From the NCBI GenBank assembly GCA_963728915.1, contig CAVSLV010000001.1:1024001-1088000 (forward strand): a stretch of DNA of 64,000 bases, in the 5' to 3' direction. A program made the translations under genes and the position numbers. The stretch's first letter is position 1. Every line of letters begins with the position of its first letter. Of the stretch, positions 13,395-22,999 are shown one piece after another. The notes below the pieces were generated by a model that was given only the letters and a program-made list of their open reading frames with translations, searched no databases and had not been told where the DNA came from. The DNA comes from an uncultured Gemmatimonadales bacterium. Lineage in GTDB: Bacteria; Gemmatimonadota; Gemmatimonadetes; Gemmatimonadales; GWC2-71-9.

Positions 13395-13892
13395 ATGCCT
13401 AACCCGCTCGTGGGAATCGTGATGGGTTCCGCCTCGGACTGGGACGTCATGCAGCATGCGGTCCGGCGGCTCGAGGAATTCGGAGTGGCGTGCGAAGCCC
13501 GGGTGATCTCCGCGCATCGCAGCCCCGCGCTGGCGCACGAGTACGCCCGGGAGGCGGCATCCCGCGGACTCACCTGCCTGATCGCCGCCGCCGGAGGCGC
13601 CGCCCATCTTGCCGGGGTCATGGCCGCCGGGACGACCCTTCCTGTGCTTGGGGTGCCGATGCCCAGCAAACATCTCCAGGGCATGGATTCCCTGCTCTCA
13701 ACGGTCCAGATGCCGGCGGGGATACCGGTGGCGACCTTCGCGATCGGGGAGGCGGGGGCCCACAATGCCGCGCTCTTCGCGGTCGCGATGCTGGCCCGGG
13801 TGGACGATCAGCTCGCGAAAAAGCTGAGCGACTTTCGCGCCGCCCAGGAACAGAAGATCCGCGATACCAGGCTTCCGGAAGCAAAGCGGTAG
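13395..13892 (+). CDS. purE: N5-CAIR mutase
   Basis: VGIVMGSASD, SAHRSP, AGGAAHLAG, LPVLGVP, STVQMPAGIPVAT. Confidence 0.96.
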   Translation: MPNPLVGIVMGSASDWDVMQHAVRRLEEFGVACEARVISAHRSPALAHEYAREAASRGLTCLIAAAGGAAHLAGVMAAGTTLPVLGVPMPSKHLQGMDSLLSTVQMPAGIPVATFAIGEAGAHNAALFAVAMLARVDDQLAKKLSDFRAAQEQKIRDTRLPEAKR

Positions 13893-13904
13893 GAGCCGAA
13901 AGCC

Positions 13905-15152
13905 CTACCGACCGGGGCGCGGGACCAGGTTGCGGGAGCGTTTGGGTCCAAGCTGGCGCAAGTAGACCCCGATCTGATAGACCGCCTGCTTGAAGACCAG
14001 GAAAAGGCCATCGAACCATCGGGTTCGGGGTTCCGGGAGCCCCCGGAGCTCGTGCCAGACCCACTGCATGGGATCCTGAGAACGACGAATGGTCCGGTAG
14101 GCTTCCCGAAAGCGAGCACCCGGCCCCGGCAGAATCCACCACTGAATTAGCCGGAGCGCCAGCGGTCGTCGCTCCTCGGGACCGTCTGTCGGTGAGGCCG
14201 GCAGCCATCCGAGGTGAATCCGGGTCAGCCGCGGGGTCGGGATCACCCCCATGGGGACGGCGGTGCCGAGGAACCTGGTTGCCAGCTCGAATTGGTGGGA
14301 CAGCGCCCGTGTTAGGCCAGCCAGCCGGGCAGCCGCGGCGAGCTCCTCCCAGTCGATCCCCGAAGAGTCCGCCGTGGCGAGAAGGCGATCCGTGTCGATC
14401 ACGTGCCGAAGAGAGCCGAACGCGTCGCTGGCGGCCTGCGCGGCGGTGTGAAGAAGGAGCGCCTCGCGCGAGGGTACCCGCAGGGTCATCGGACCGGGCG
14501 TCGTCAGGGCGACTGCCGTTCGTCGAAACCATCCGGCATCGAGCCGAAGCGGGTCCATGGGCCTCGAGAGGGCCCAGTGCACTTCGACCTGAAAGATCGA
14601 ATTGGCCGCTGGGAGGTGGAAGTGGTGGGCCCGGTATGCCTCCTCAACCCGGGCAGCGGGCAGCTGGTATCCCGCGGCGCGGATCACTTGGAGCGCGGGA
14701 TCGAGCTCCCCCGGTTCGACCAGCACATCGAGGTCGATCATCGCCCGTTCCACCGGGGCGTCATAGATCTGATGTCGGAGAGCGGCCCCTTTGAGAACGA
14801 CCGGGGTGATGGAGCGCTGGCCGAGCAGGGAGAGGACCCGTTCGCATTCCAGCTCCACGATCATCGCCCATTTGCTGCGAAGGCGGTAGGCCGCGCGAAG
14901 CTCTTCGCCAGGTCCGAGCCCCAGGTCGGCCTCGAGCAGGTCGAGCTTGGCCAGGGCGTGCAGGATCAGCCCCAGCACCCGTTGTTTCTCCGCAAGATCG
15001 AGTACGGCGGGACCCAGCCCCGCTTCCCGAATCGCCCCCAGGACCGCCAGAGCCTCATCGCGGTCCAGGCCACGACGACAGAGCCGGAGCACTCCCGTGA
15101 TACTCCGAGGAGTCTCTCCCGGGTTCGCCGAAGTCACCGTGTTGGGGCGCAT
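13905..15152 (-). CDS. Uncharacterised nucleotidyltransferase-family protein (NTP_transf_5-like)
   Basis: VVLKGAAL...ERAMIDLDVLV (DxD) ...VEVHW...LLHTA pattern; GGAG RBS before ATG at 15152. Confidence 0.75.
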   Translation of the reverse strand: MRPNTVTSANPGETPRSITGVLRLCRRGLDRDEALAVLGAIREAGLGPAVLDLAEKQRVLGLILHALAKLDLLEADLGLGPGEELRAAYRLRSKWAMIVELECERVLSLLGQRSITPVVLKGAALRHQIYDAPVERAMIDLDVLVEPGELDPALQVIRAAGYQLPAARVEEAYRAHHFHLPAANSIFQVEVHWALSRPMDPLRLDAGWFRRTAVALTTPGPMTLRVPSREALLLHTAAQAASDAFGSLRHVIDTDRLLATADSSGIDWEELAAAARLAGLTRALSHQFELATRFLGTAVPMGVIPTPRLTRIHLGWLPASPTDGPEERRPLALRLIQWWILPGPGARFREAYRTIRRSQDPMQWVWHELRGLPEPRTRWFDGLFLVFKQAVYQIGVYLRQLGPKRSRNLVPRPGR

Positions 15153-15206
15153 GATCCGCTCCAATCCCTAGGCACGGGAGAATGACCGTCAAGGATCGTG
15201 CCCAGT

Positions 15207-15231
15207 AAAAAGGCTCCCCGAGTGGGGAGCC
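15207..15231 (-). terminator. Intrinsic terminator of ssrA
   Basis: Minus strand GGCTCCCC-ACTC-GGGGAGCC followed by TTTTT, just after the tmRNA 3' end. Confidence 0.88.
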
Positions 15232-15233
15232 CA

Positions 15234-15593
15234 TGGAGGCGCAGGGAATCGAACCCTGGTCCGAACCAGCTTCCTGCGCAGCGTCTACGTGCGTAGACCG
15301 ATCTTCCTGCCTTGGCTTCGAGCCGGGGACCGATCGCCCTTCCCGAAACGCACCTCCAGGAATCTCACCCGCCACGCCGGAGGATCGTGACAGGCCAGCC
15401 CGGCTTTGCTATTCGGCTCCGTCGCCCCGGGCGGGCTCCGAAACCGAAGGCTACTTCAGCGAGCTAAGCTCAGCTTAGGCAGCCAGCGCCAAATCAGAGT
15501 TGGCAGTTAGAAAGTTCCAAGCGGTTTTACCAGGAACCTGGACCTGGGCACGCTGCCACACCTTCCACTGACCCGTCGAAACCAGTCGCCCCC
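15234..15593 (-). ncRNA. ssrA: tmRNA; tag peptide ANSDLALAA* (15504-15475)
   Basis: 5' GGGGGCGACTGGTTTCGAC pairs with 3' T-arm/acceptor CAGGGTTCGATTCCCTG-CGCCTCCA (G3:U alanine identity pair); internal GCC AAC TCT GAT TTG GCG CTG GCT GCC TAA; 360 nt. Confidence 0.95.
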
Positions 15594-15610
15594 TATCAAA
15601 GAGCCATGGG

Positions 15611-15639
15611 AATCTAGCCGAATGCTTCCTGGCGGGCAA
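15611..15639 (-). promoter_or_regulatory. Sigma70-type promoter for ssrA
   Basis: TTGCCC-17 nt-TAGATT, with the -10 box 17 nt upstream of the mature 5' end. Confidence 0.7.
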
Positions 15640-15797
15640 GCTTGGCCGATTACATCATCTACTCGAAGCAAACGCGATATCATCCTTGCTAGCAACATTT
15701 TACACGAACCATGTAAAGCAATTTCGAGGTGCAGTTCTGTAACGAAAATCGCCTCACAGGCCCTTCCCCCCCCCCGAAGAAAGGGCTGCATCCTGAC

Positions 15798-16787
15798 CTA
15801 TCTGGCGGTCGCGACGAGATTTCGTTCGAGGTACGTCCGGAAGATGCCCTCCGCCTCGACCATGCTCTCCACCCGGAAAAGCTGCTCGCGAAGGCCCGCC
15901 GACCCCGGAAGCCCCTTGGTGTACCAGCCCAGGTGCTTCCTGAACTCGACGACCGTCTTCCGGGAGTCCCCCTGGAGCCTCAGTGCGAGGCGGGCATGCT
16001 CCAACGCCACCGAGAATCGTTCCTCCGCACTGGGCGTGTCCGGAGGACCCTCGCCATCGAGCAGCGCCCTCCCGTCCCGGAAGATCCAGGGATTCCCGAA
16101 CGAGCCGCGGCCAACCATGATGGCCGCGCACCCGGTGTGCTCCCGGAGCCGGCGGATGTCCTCACCCGACGCAACATCGCCGTTTCCGATGACCGGGATG
16201 GTCAGGGCTTCCACCACCCTGGCGATCTCGTCCCAGTTGGCCGATCCGGTGAACATCTGGGTCCGGGTTCGGGCATGAAGGGTGAAGGCGCGGGCTCCGG
16301 CGTCCTCCATCCGCCGGGCAATTCCAACCGGATCGCGACTTTCCTCGCTCCACCCGCTCCGGGTCTTCACCGTGACGGGCAAATGGGTGGCGTTCACCAC
16401 CGCTCGGATGATCCGGCCCACCAGCTCGAGATCCCGAAGGCATCCTGAGCCACCATTTCGCTGGACCACCTTCTTGACCGGGCAACCGAAGTTGATGTCG
16501 ATGAATTCCGGCTCGTACTCTTCGGTGACGATGGCGGCGGCCCGGGCCATGGCCTCGGCGTCGGCTCCGTAGATCTGGACTCCGATCGGGCGCTCGACCT
16601 CCTCGAATTCGGCGCCTTCGAGCGTCTTCCGGATTCCGCGCCGGATCGCCTCGGCGGACAGGAACTCCGTCATCAGGACGTCGGCCCCGTAGCGCCGGCA
16701 GAGCTGCCGGAAGGGCGCCTCCGAAATACCCGCCATCGGGGCGAGGATCAGGGGAAGGCTTCGTGTGGGAAGGTACGGTAACCGCAT
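15798..16787 (-). CDS. dusB: tRNA-dihydrouridine synthase B
   Basis: LAPMAG, IDINFGCPVKKV, VTVKTRSGW, HARTR, VIGNGDV, MVGRG..GNPWIF. Confidence 0.93.
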   Translation of the reverse strand: MRLPYLPTRSLPLILAPMAGISEAPFRQLCRRYGADVLMTEFLSAEAIRRGIRKTLEGAEFEEVERPIGVQIYGADAEAMARAAAIVTEEYEPEFIDINFGCPVKKVVQRNGGSGCLRDLELVGRIIRAVVNATHLPVTVKTRSGWSEESRDPVGIARRMEDAGARAFTLHARTRTQMFTGSANWDEIARVVEALTIPVIGNGDVASGEDIRRLREHTGCAAIMVGRGSFGNPWIFRDGRALLDGEGPPDTPSAEERFSVALEHARLALRLQGDSRKTVVEFRKHLGWYTKGLPGSAGLREQLFRVESMVEAEGIFRTYLERNLVATAR

Positions 16788-16793
16788 GCCACA

Positions 16794-16822
16794 AAGCTAT
16801 TTGCCCCCGTAGCGGGCGGCAA
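16794..16822 (-). promoter_or_regulatory. Promoter for dusB, probably giving a leaderless mRNA
   Basis: TTGCCG-17 nt-TAGCTT, then 6 nt to ATG with no SD. Confidence 0.6.
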
Positions 16823-16848
16823 TGTGGCGGGGTTAATTTGTCCGCGCG

Positions 16849-17301
16849 ATGCGACTCCGGGACTTTCTCGACTCGTCGGCGATCTCGCTCGACCTTCAGG
16901 CGACCAGCAAGGAAGCGGTGCTGGACGAGTTGGTCTGGCAGCTCCGCCTGGACGAGCGAACCGCCCAGCAACTGGTTCGGCTGCTCAAGCGCCGGGAGGC
17001 ACTGGGCTCAACCGGCGTGGGTCGGGGAATCGCAATTCCCCACTGCCGGGCCATCGGGGTTGCGGACCTTCGGCTCGGGTTCGGGATTCATAAGGCGGGG
17101 ATCGACTACGACGCGGTGGACAACAAGCCGGTGAACGTGTTCTTCCTGATCGTCGCGCCGCCCAATGAGGTCTCCAACCAGTATCTCCCGGTGCTCGGAA
17201 AGATTGCCCAGTTTGCCCAGATACCGGACGTCCCCCCGCGCCTCCTCACCCTGACCACGCCGGACGAGCTGTTCGCGATGATGGACGAAAAGGGAATCTG
17301 A
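16849..17301 (+). CDS. Stand-alone PTS IIA (Fru/Mtl/Ntr family)
   Basis: REALGSTGVGRGIAIPHC phospho-His motif; IDYDAVDNKPV. Confidence 0.88.
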   Translation: MRLRDFLDSSAISLDLQATSKEAVLDELVWQLRLDERTAQQLVRLLKRREALGSTGVGRGIAIPHCRAIGVADLRLGFGIHKAGIDYDAVDNKPVNVFFLIVAPPNEVSNQYLPVLGKIAQFAQIPDVPPRLLTLTTPDELFAMMDEKGI

Positions 17302-17305
17302 CGGG

Positions 17306-18862
17306 CTACTCCCATTCGATGGTTGCGGGGGGTTTGCTGCTCACGTCGTAAACCACCCGGTTCACCCCCTTCACTTCGTTGGCAATCCGGTTCGCGATCC
17401 GCCCCAGTACGTCGGGGGGAAAAGGAAACCAGTCCGCAGTCATCCCGTCCCTGCTGGTGACAGCCCGCAAGGCCACCGTCTGATCGTAGGTGCGGAAGTC
17501 GCCCTGGACCCCGACCGAGCGAATCGGCAGCAGAACGGCGAAAGCCTGCCAGATCTCGTCATAGAGGTTGGCGGCGCGAATCTCCTCGATGTAGATGGCG
17601 TCGGCCTGCCGGAGCATTTCGAGGGCTTGCCGGGTAACGTCCCCGAGAATCCGGATCGCGAGGCCCGGGCCTGGAAACGGGTGCCGGCCGACCATTTCTT
17701 CCGGCAGGCCCAGCTCCCGGCCGACCTGGCGCACCTCGTCCTTGAACAGCTCGCGCAACGGCTCGATCAGCTTGAAGGGAAGCCGCTCGGGCAGCCCCCC
17801 CACGTTGTGGTGGGTCTTGATCGTGACCGACGGCCCGCCTTTGGGAGACACCGACTCGATCACGTCGGGATACAGAGTACCCTGCACCAGAAATCCGACG
17901 TCCCGACCCAGCTTCATCGCCTCGGCGTTGAACACCTCGATGAACTCGTTTCCGATGATCCGGCGTTTCCGCTCCGGATCGGTCACCCCCGCGAGCTTTC
18001 CGAGGAACCGTTCGCTCGCATCCACCACCACGAGGTCGATGCCGAGGTGCCGGCGGAAGGTGCGCTCAACCTGGTCACGCTCGTGCAGGCGGAGCAGCCC
18101 GTGATCGACGAAGATGCAGGTGAGCCGGTCGCCCACCGCGCGGTGGACCAGCGCCGCTGCGACCGAGGAATCGACCCCGCCCGATAACCCGCAGATGATC
18201 CGGGAGTCCGGGCCGGCCTGCTCCAGGATCCGCTGCGATTCCGTTTCGATGAAGTGACCCGCGGTCCAGTCGGGTCGGCACCCGCAGATATCGAACAGGA
18301 AGTTGGCGATGATCTCGTTGCCCCGGGGGGTATGAGCCACCTCGGGGTGGAACTGCACCGCGAACAGATTGCGCTTCGGATCCTCCATCGCCGCGACCGA
18401 GGTGTTGCCGCTCGACCCGGTCCGCACGAATCCCTCGGGAAGGCCTCCGACCTGATCGCCGTGACTCATCCACACCTGGATCTCTTCGCCGGCGCTGAAG
18501 CCCCGGAACAGCCGGCCGCCATGGATCGTGAGCCCGGCCCGCCCGTATTCCCTTTGCTCTCCCGGAATGACCTCTCCCCCCGCGAGTCTCGCGATGAGCT
18601 GCATGCCATAGCAGAGGCCGAGGACCGGGATTCCCAGCTCCAGGATCGCCCCGGGGGCGAGGGGCGCTCCCTCCTCGTACACCGAGTTGGGCCCGCCGGA
18701 GAGAATGATCCCGCGCGCGCCCCAGGCTCGAATCCATTCCAGTGACCGATCGGGAGGATGGATTTCGGAAAAGACGTGGGCTTCCCGAACCCGCCGGGCG
18801 ATCAGCTGGGTGAACTGCGACCCGTAATCGAGAATCAGAATTCCGTCGTGGTGCGGGCTCAT
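17306..18862 (-). CDS. guaA: GMP synthase (glutamine-hydrolysing)
   Basis: [54 protein letters not shown]. Confidence 0.97.
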   Translation of the reverse strand: MSPHHDGILILDYGSQFTQLIARRVREAHVFSEIHPPDRSLEWIRAWGARGIILSGGPNSVYEEGAPLAPGAILELGIPVLGLCYGMQLIARLAGGEVIPGEQREYGRAGLTIHGGRLFRGFSAGEEIQVWMSHGDQVGGLPEGFVRTGSSGNTSVAAMEDPKRNLFAVQFHPEVAHTPRGNEIIANFLFDICGCRPDWTAGHFIETESQRILEQAGPDSRIICGLSGGVDSSVAAALVHRAVGDRLTCIFVDHGLLRLHERDQVERTFRRHLGIDLVVVDASERFLGKLAGVTDPERKRRIIGNEFIEVFNAEAMKLGRDVGFLVQGTLYPDVIESVSPKGGPSVTIKTHHNVGGLPERLPFKLIEPLRELFKDEVRQVGRELGLPEEMVGRHPFPGPGLAIRILGDVTRQALEMLRQADAIYIEEIRAANLYDEIWQAFAVLLPIRSVGVQGDFRTYDQTVALRAVTSRDGMTADWFPFPPDVLGRIANRIANEVKGVNRVVYDVSSKPPATIEWE

Positions 18863-20199
18863 CCGGCCGACCAGGCCAGCAGATCGTCGATCGATTCGCG
18901 GCGCCGGACCACCTCCCACCGCCCGGCCTCGACCAGGACTTCCGGTGGACGAGGCCGATCGTTGTAATTCGAGCTCATCACGAATCCGTAGGCCCCGGCG
19001 CCGAGGATGGCCAGCCGATCGCCGGGCTCGACCGGAGGGAGCATCCGGCCGAGGGCGAGAAAGTCTCCGGACTCGCAGATCGGACCCACGATATCGACCA
19101 GCCGTTCGGTCCCGCCGGGCGCGGCCACCGGGATGATTTCGTGATGCGCCTGGTACCGGCTGGGTCGCTCGAGATCGTTCATTCCCGCATCCACGACCAC
19201 GAAATCGGTTCCGCCGGCGTGCTTCCGGTAGAGCACGCTGGTGACCAGAACCCCGGCACTGCCGACCAGGTAGCGCCCGGGCTCGATCCGGACCGTGACC
19301 CCGAGCGTCCCCACGACCGGCCCGATCGCCTCGGCCAGGTGGGCGGGAAGCAGCGGAGTCTCCGCGTTGTACCGGATTCCTAACCCGCCTCCCAGGTCCA
19401 GCGAGTCGATCGTCCGGGCACCCAGCGTCCGGATCTCCCCGAGCAGTCCCGCCAGGCGGATCGCTCCCTGGACGAAGGGAGCGGGATCCAGCACCTGGCT
19501 GCCCACGTGCATGGCCAGGCCGACCAGCGTCAGGGCTGGGTCACGGAGTATGCGATCGGCGACTTCCAGAACCTGATCGGCCGGAATACCGAACTTTGCC
19601 GCGGCCATCGCGGTACGGGTGTAGGGATGGGTATCGACGGTGACGTCCGGATTCACTCGAATGCCGACCCGAACCGGCGGACCACCTGCTTCGGCGGCAA
19701 GGGGACGCAGGGTATCCAGCTCCTCGAGCGATTCGAGGTTGATCTGTCCAATCCGCGCCTCGACCGCGGCGCGCAGCTCATCGGGCCGCTTGCCGACCCC
19801 GCTGAACACGATCCGATCCGGCGAAAATCCGGCCCGGAGCACCCGGCGGAGCTCGCCCACCGATACGATATCGCACCCGGCGCCAAGATCGCGAAGCAAA
19901 GTGAGAATCCGGGAGCAGGAATTGGCTTTGACGGCGTAGTCGATCCGGTGGGGCAGGCTGCTGAGCGCCGTGGTGAGCTCCCGGAACCGGTCCCGGATGG
20001 TGCGGGCGCCGTACACATAGACCGGGGTACCGGTCTCGGTCGCGATCTCCGTGAGGCTCACTCCATCCATCGCCAGGGCGCCGCCGTCGAGGCGGGTCAA
20101 TCCCCCATCGGCCAGCAGGGCTTCGCGCCGATCTGGTTCCGGTATCCGGCGTGCTCCGCGGCGCCGTTCTCCGGACCCCGCGGAGCGCCGAGTGGTCAA
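18859..20199 (-). CDS. lysA: Diaminopimelate decarboxylase (start uncertain)
   Basis: YAVKAN (PLP Lys), [41 protein letters not shown] overlapping the proS stop taken as start. Confidence 0.93.
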   Translation of the reverse strand: MTTRRSAGSGERRRGARRIPEPDRREALLADGGLTRLDGGALAMDGVSLTEIATETGTPVYVYGARTIRDRFRELTTALSSLPHRIDYAVKANSCSRILTLLRDLGAGCDIVSVGELRRVLRAGFSPDRIVFSGVGKRPDELRAAVEARIGQINLESLEELDTLRPLAAEAGGPPVRVGIRVNPDVTVDTHPYTRTAMAAAKFGIPADQVLEVADRILRDPALTLVGLAMHVGSQVLDPAPFVQGAIRLAGLLGEIRTLGARTIDSLDLGGGLGIRYNAETPLLPAHLAEAIGPVVGTLGVTVRIEPGRYLVGSAGVLVTSVLYRKHAGGTDFVVVDAGMNDLERPSRYQAHHEIIPVAAPGGTERLVDIVGPICESGDFLALGRMLPPVEPGDRLAILGAGAYGFVMSSNYNDRPRPPEVLVEAGRWEVVRRRESIDDLLAWSAG

Positions 20200-21647
20200 T
20201 ATGCCCGACCCCAGACCGCTTCGGTCACCGCCGGTTTGCCGGTCCAGATGCATCGAGCAGGGGCTTCCGGGCTTCGGAACTCCGGATCCGGAAGGACCCG
20301 GATCGTCGCCTTGGTTTGTTCCTTGATCTCGGCCTCGACCCCGGGGTCACCGCAGAAACCCGCGAAGACGAAGCCTCCATTTCCCTCCAGGAAATCGATG
20401 AACTCCTGTTTGGACTTCGGTCCGCGCAAGGTGTGCTGGTCCCGGCGAGCCGTCGCCGCGGCGAGGAGCTCGCGCTGCATGCGATCCATCTCCTGGATCA
20501 GCAGCTCGCCGGCGCCGCCCATCGGGATCGAGGCTTTGGGTCCGCCGGTTCGCCTGGCCAGCATCACGGTCTGGTTGGCCAGGTCCCGAGGGCCGAGCTC
20601 CAGTCGAAGCGGGACGCCCCTGGTTTCCCATTCGTAGTACTTGGCTCCCGGGGTCATTCCATCCCTCGCATCGAGATGGGCGCGAATGCCGGCAGCCCGC
20701 AGAGCTTGCAGGAGATGGTCTCCGGCCTCGCTGACCCGGACCCGGTCTTCATCGCTCTTCCAGATCGGCACGATGACGACCTGCCATTGCGCGAGCCGCG
20801 GCGGGCAAACCAGTCCCTTGTCGTCGCCATGGGTCATGATCAACCCACCCACCAGCCGGGTCGACACGCCCCAGGACGTGCTCCACACATGATCCAGCCC
20901 CCCATCGGCGGTCTGGAACGTCACGTCGAAGGCCTTGGCGAAGTTCTGCCCGAGGTGATGGCTGGTGCCCGCCTGAAGGCCCTTGTTGTCCTGCATCATG
21001 GCTTCGAGCGCGTAGGTGCGGACGGCGCCGGCGAATTTCTCGCTGTCGGTCTTGGGCCCGGTGAGCACCGGCATGGCCATCCATTCCTCCATGAACCGGC
21101 GATAAAGACCGAGGATGAGCCGCGCCTCCGTCTCGGCCTCGGCGTCGGTGGCGTGAGCGGTATGGCCTTCCTGCCAGAGAAACTCGGTGGTGCGAAGGAA
21201 TAGCCGGGTCCGAAGCTCCCAGCGGACCACGTTGGCCCACTGGTTGATCAGGACGGGGAGGTCGCGCCAGCTCTGGATCCACTTGGCGAACATCGCGTAG
21301 ATGATGGTCTCCGAGGTTGGACGCACCACCAGCGGCTCTTCCAGCTCCTTCCCTCCCCCATGGGTCACCACCGCGGTCTCCGGGGCGAATCCCTCGACGT
21401 GCTCGGCTTCCTTGTGCAGAAAGCTCTGGGGGATGAAGAGAGGGAAATAGGCGTTCTGGTGACCCGTCTCCTTGAACATCCGGTCCAGAGCGCGCTGCAT
21501 CTCCTCCCAGATGGCATAGCCGTTGGGACGAATCACCATGCAGCCGCGGACCGGGCTGTAGTCGGCCAGCTCGGCCTTCAGGATGAGCTCGTTGTACCAG
21601 GCCGAAAAATCCTGGGCTCGCGGGGTCAGTGCTTTGGCGTCGGCCAC
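20196..21647 (-). CDS. proS: Proline--tRNA ligase (archaeal/eukaryote-like type)
   Basis: VRPTSET, QWANVVRWE, FLRTTEFLWQEGHT, QAGTSHHLGQNF, C-terminal GRAY. Confidence 0.96.
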   Translation of the reverse strand: MADAKALTPRAQDFSAWYNELILKAELADYSPVRGCMVIRPNGYAIWEEMQRALDRMFKETGHQNAYFPLFIPQSFLHKEAEHVEGFAPETAVVTHGGGKELEEPLVVRPTSETIIYAMFAKWIQSWRDLPVLINQWANVVRWELRTRLFLRTTEFLWQEGHTAHATDAEAETEARLILGLYRRFMEEWMAMPVLTGPKTDSEKFAGAVRTYALEAMMQDNKGLQAGTSHHLGQNFAKAFDVTFQTADGGLDHVWSTSWGVSTRLVGGLIMTHGDDKGLVCPPRLAQWQVVIVPIWKSDEDRVRVSEAGDHLLQALRAAGIRAHLDARDGMTPGAKYYEWETRGVPLRLELGPRDLANQTVMLARRTGGPKASIPMGGAGELLIQEMDRMQRELLAAATARRDQHTLRGPKSKQEFIDFLEGNGGFVFAGFCGDPGVEAEIKEQTKATIRVLPDPEFRSPEAPARCIWTGKPAVTEAVWGRAY

Positions 21648-21650
21648 GGT

Positions 21651-22976
21651 TCAATGATTGGGTGAGAGGGTTGGGGCTGCACCGTCGGGAAGATCGAGCG
21701 CGGAGCGCAGCTCGAGGCCGATGCTGGTCAGGGGAACTTCGCGCTGGATCCCAGCCCCAAGGTCCCGGATAACCGCGGCTTCCCGGGCACACTCTTCAGG
21801 CCCGATAACCACCGCGAAACGGGCTGATCTGGCATTGGCCAGTTTGAGCTGCTTGGGCACCCGCTCCTGGGTCAGCGCGTACTCGACCCGGACGCCCTGT
21901 TCCCGAAGCGCGTGGGCCAGCTTCAGGACGATGGGGCGCTCTTCGCCGGTGACTGGCACCAGGAAGGCATCGATGCTGGGGGAGGCTGCCGGCACCAGCC
22001 CCCGCGCCTTGAGCAGCTCGGCCAGCACCACGTCGCCCATGCCGAAGCCGAGCGCCGGAAGCGAAACGCCACCTATCCGTTCCAGCAGATCATCGTACCG
22101 CCCCCCACCACAAATCGCCCGCAGCTCGCCCTGGGCATCGAAGAGCTCGAACACCGTGCCGGTGTAGTACGCGAGTCCCCGCACGATCGTCAGATCGAGA
22201 TCGAGGAAGTCACCCAGCCCCATCGCCTCGAGCGCGACCATGGTTTCCCGGAGGGCTTCGCCCGCTCCGGTGGTCATCGGGAAACGTGCCTCGAGATCGG
22301 CCCAGGTCCGAAGCTCGGGAACACTCTCCAGCGCGGACACCGACTCCGCGGAGGCGCCCGACTCGATCAGGGACCGCATCCGGGGGGAATACTCCGCCCG
22401 ACCCAGCTTGTCGATCGCCTGAAATGCGAGATCCTGGCGCTGGGCGCCGATCCCGGTTTCCTCCAGGAGAGCCGACAGCATGCGGCGATCGGAAAGCCTG
22501 ACTCGCACGTCGGCGGGTCCGAGCCCGAGCGCCCGCATCACATCAATCGCCAGCGCGATGATCTCGGCATCGGCCCCCGGACCGCCTTCTCCGATCAGGT
22601 CGCAATTGAGCTGGAAGTGCTCCCGGAGCCGCCCGCGCTGATGGCGCTCGTACCGGAAGAGCTGGGGAATCGAGAACCAGCGAATCGGCTTCTTGAGCCC
22701 ATTCGCCCGGGCCGCCACCATTCGGGCGAGGGTCGGGGTCAGCTCGGGGCGAAGGGCCACCGCCCGGTCGCCCTTGTCGACAAAGCTGTAGAGCTGTGCG
22801 ACGATCTCCTCGCCGCTTTTCCCGGTATAGAGCTCGAGTGGCTCGAGTGGCGGCCCGTCCCATTCGTCGAACCCGTAGCGACGGGCAACCCGGCGCATCG
22901 CATCGAAGATGTGATCGCGAAGGGCGAAGTCTTCAGGATAGAAATCGCGGAACCCTGGCAGGGCCTGGATCGGCAT
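21651..22976 (-). CDS. hisS: Histidine--tRNA ligase
   Basis: LRPELTP, FRYERHQRGRLREHFQ, VRGLAYYTG, GGGRYD, anticodon-binding C-terminal domain. Confidence 0.95.
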   Translation of the reverse strand: MPIQALPGFRDFYPEDFALRDHIFDAMRRVARRYGFDEWDGPPLEPLELYTGKSGEEIVAQLYSFVDKGDRAVALRPELTPTLARMVAARANGLKKPIRWFSIPQLFRYERHQRGRLREHFQLNCDLIGEGGPGADAEIIALAIDVMRALGLGPADVRVRLSDRRMLSALLEETGIGAQRQDLAFQAIDKLGRAEYSPRMRSLIESGASAESVSALESVPELRTWADLEARFPMTTGAGEALRETMVALEAMGLGDFLDLDLTIVRGLAYYTGTVFELFDAQGELRAICGGGRYDDLLERIGGVSLPALGFGMGDVVLAELLKARGLVPAASPSIDAFLVPVTGEERPIVLKLAHALREQGVRVEYALTQERVPKQLKLANARSARFAVVIGPEECAREAAVIRDLGAGIQREVPLTSIGLELRSALDLPDGAAPTLSPNH

Positions 22977-22999
22977 CGGGAAAAGATAAGCGGAACCGG

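Noticed and set aside
13142..15233. Prophage or integrative element at the ssrA 3' end
   Set aside because: No integrase and no duplicated ssrA 3' sequence was seen; the native terminator directly follows ssrA.
15234..15270. tRNA-like T-arm and acceptor stem
   Set aside because: No anticodon arm; it is the 3' domain of tmRNA and pairs with 15587-15593.
15766..15775. C10 tract as a phase-variation switch
   Set aside because: Intergenic and outside the predicted promoter spacer; better explained as part of a hairpin after dusB.
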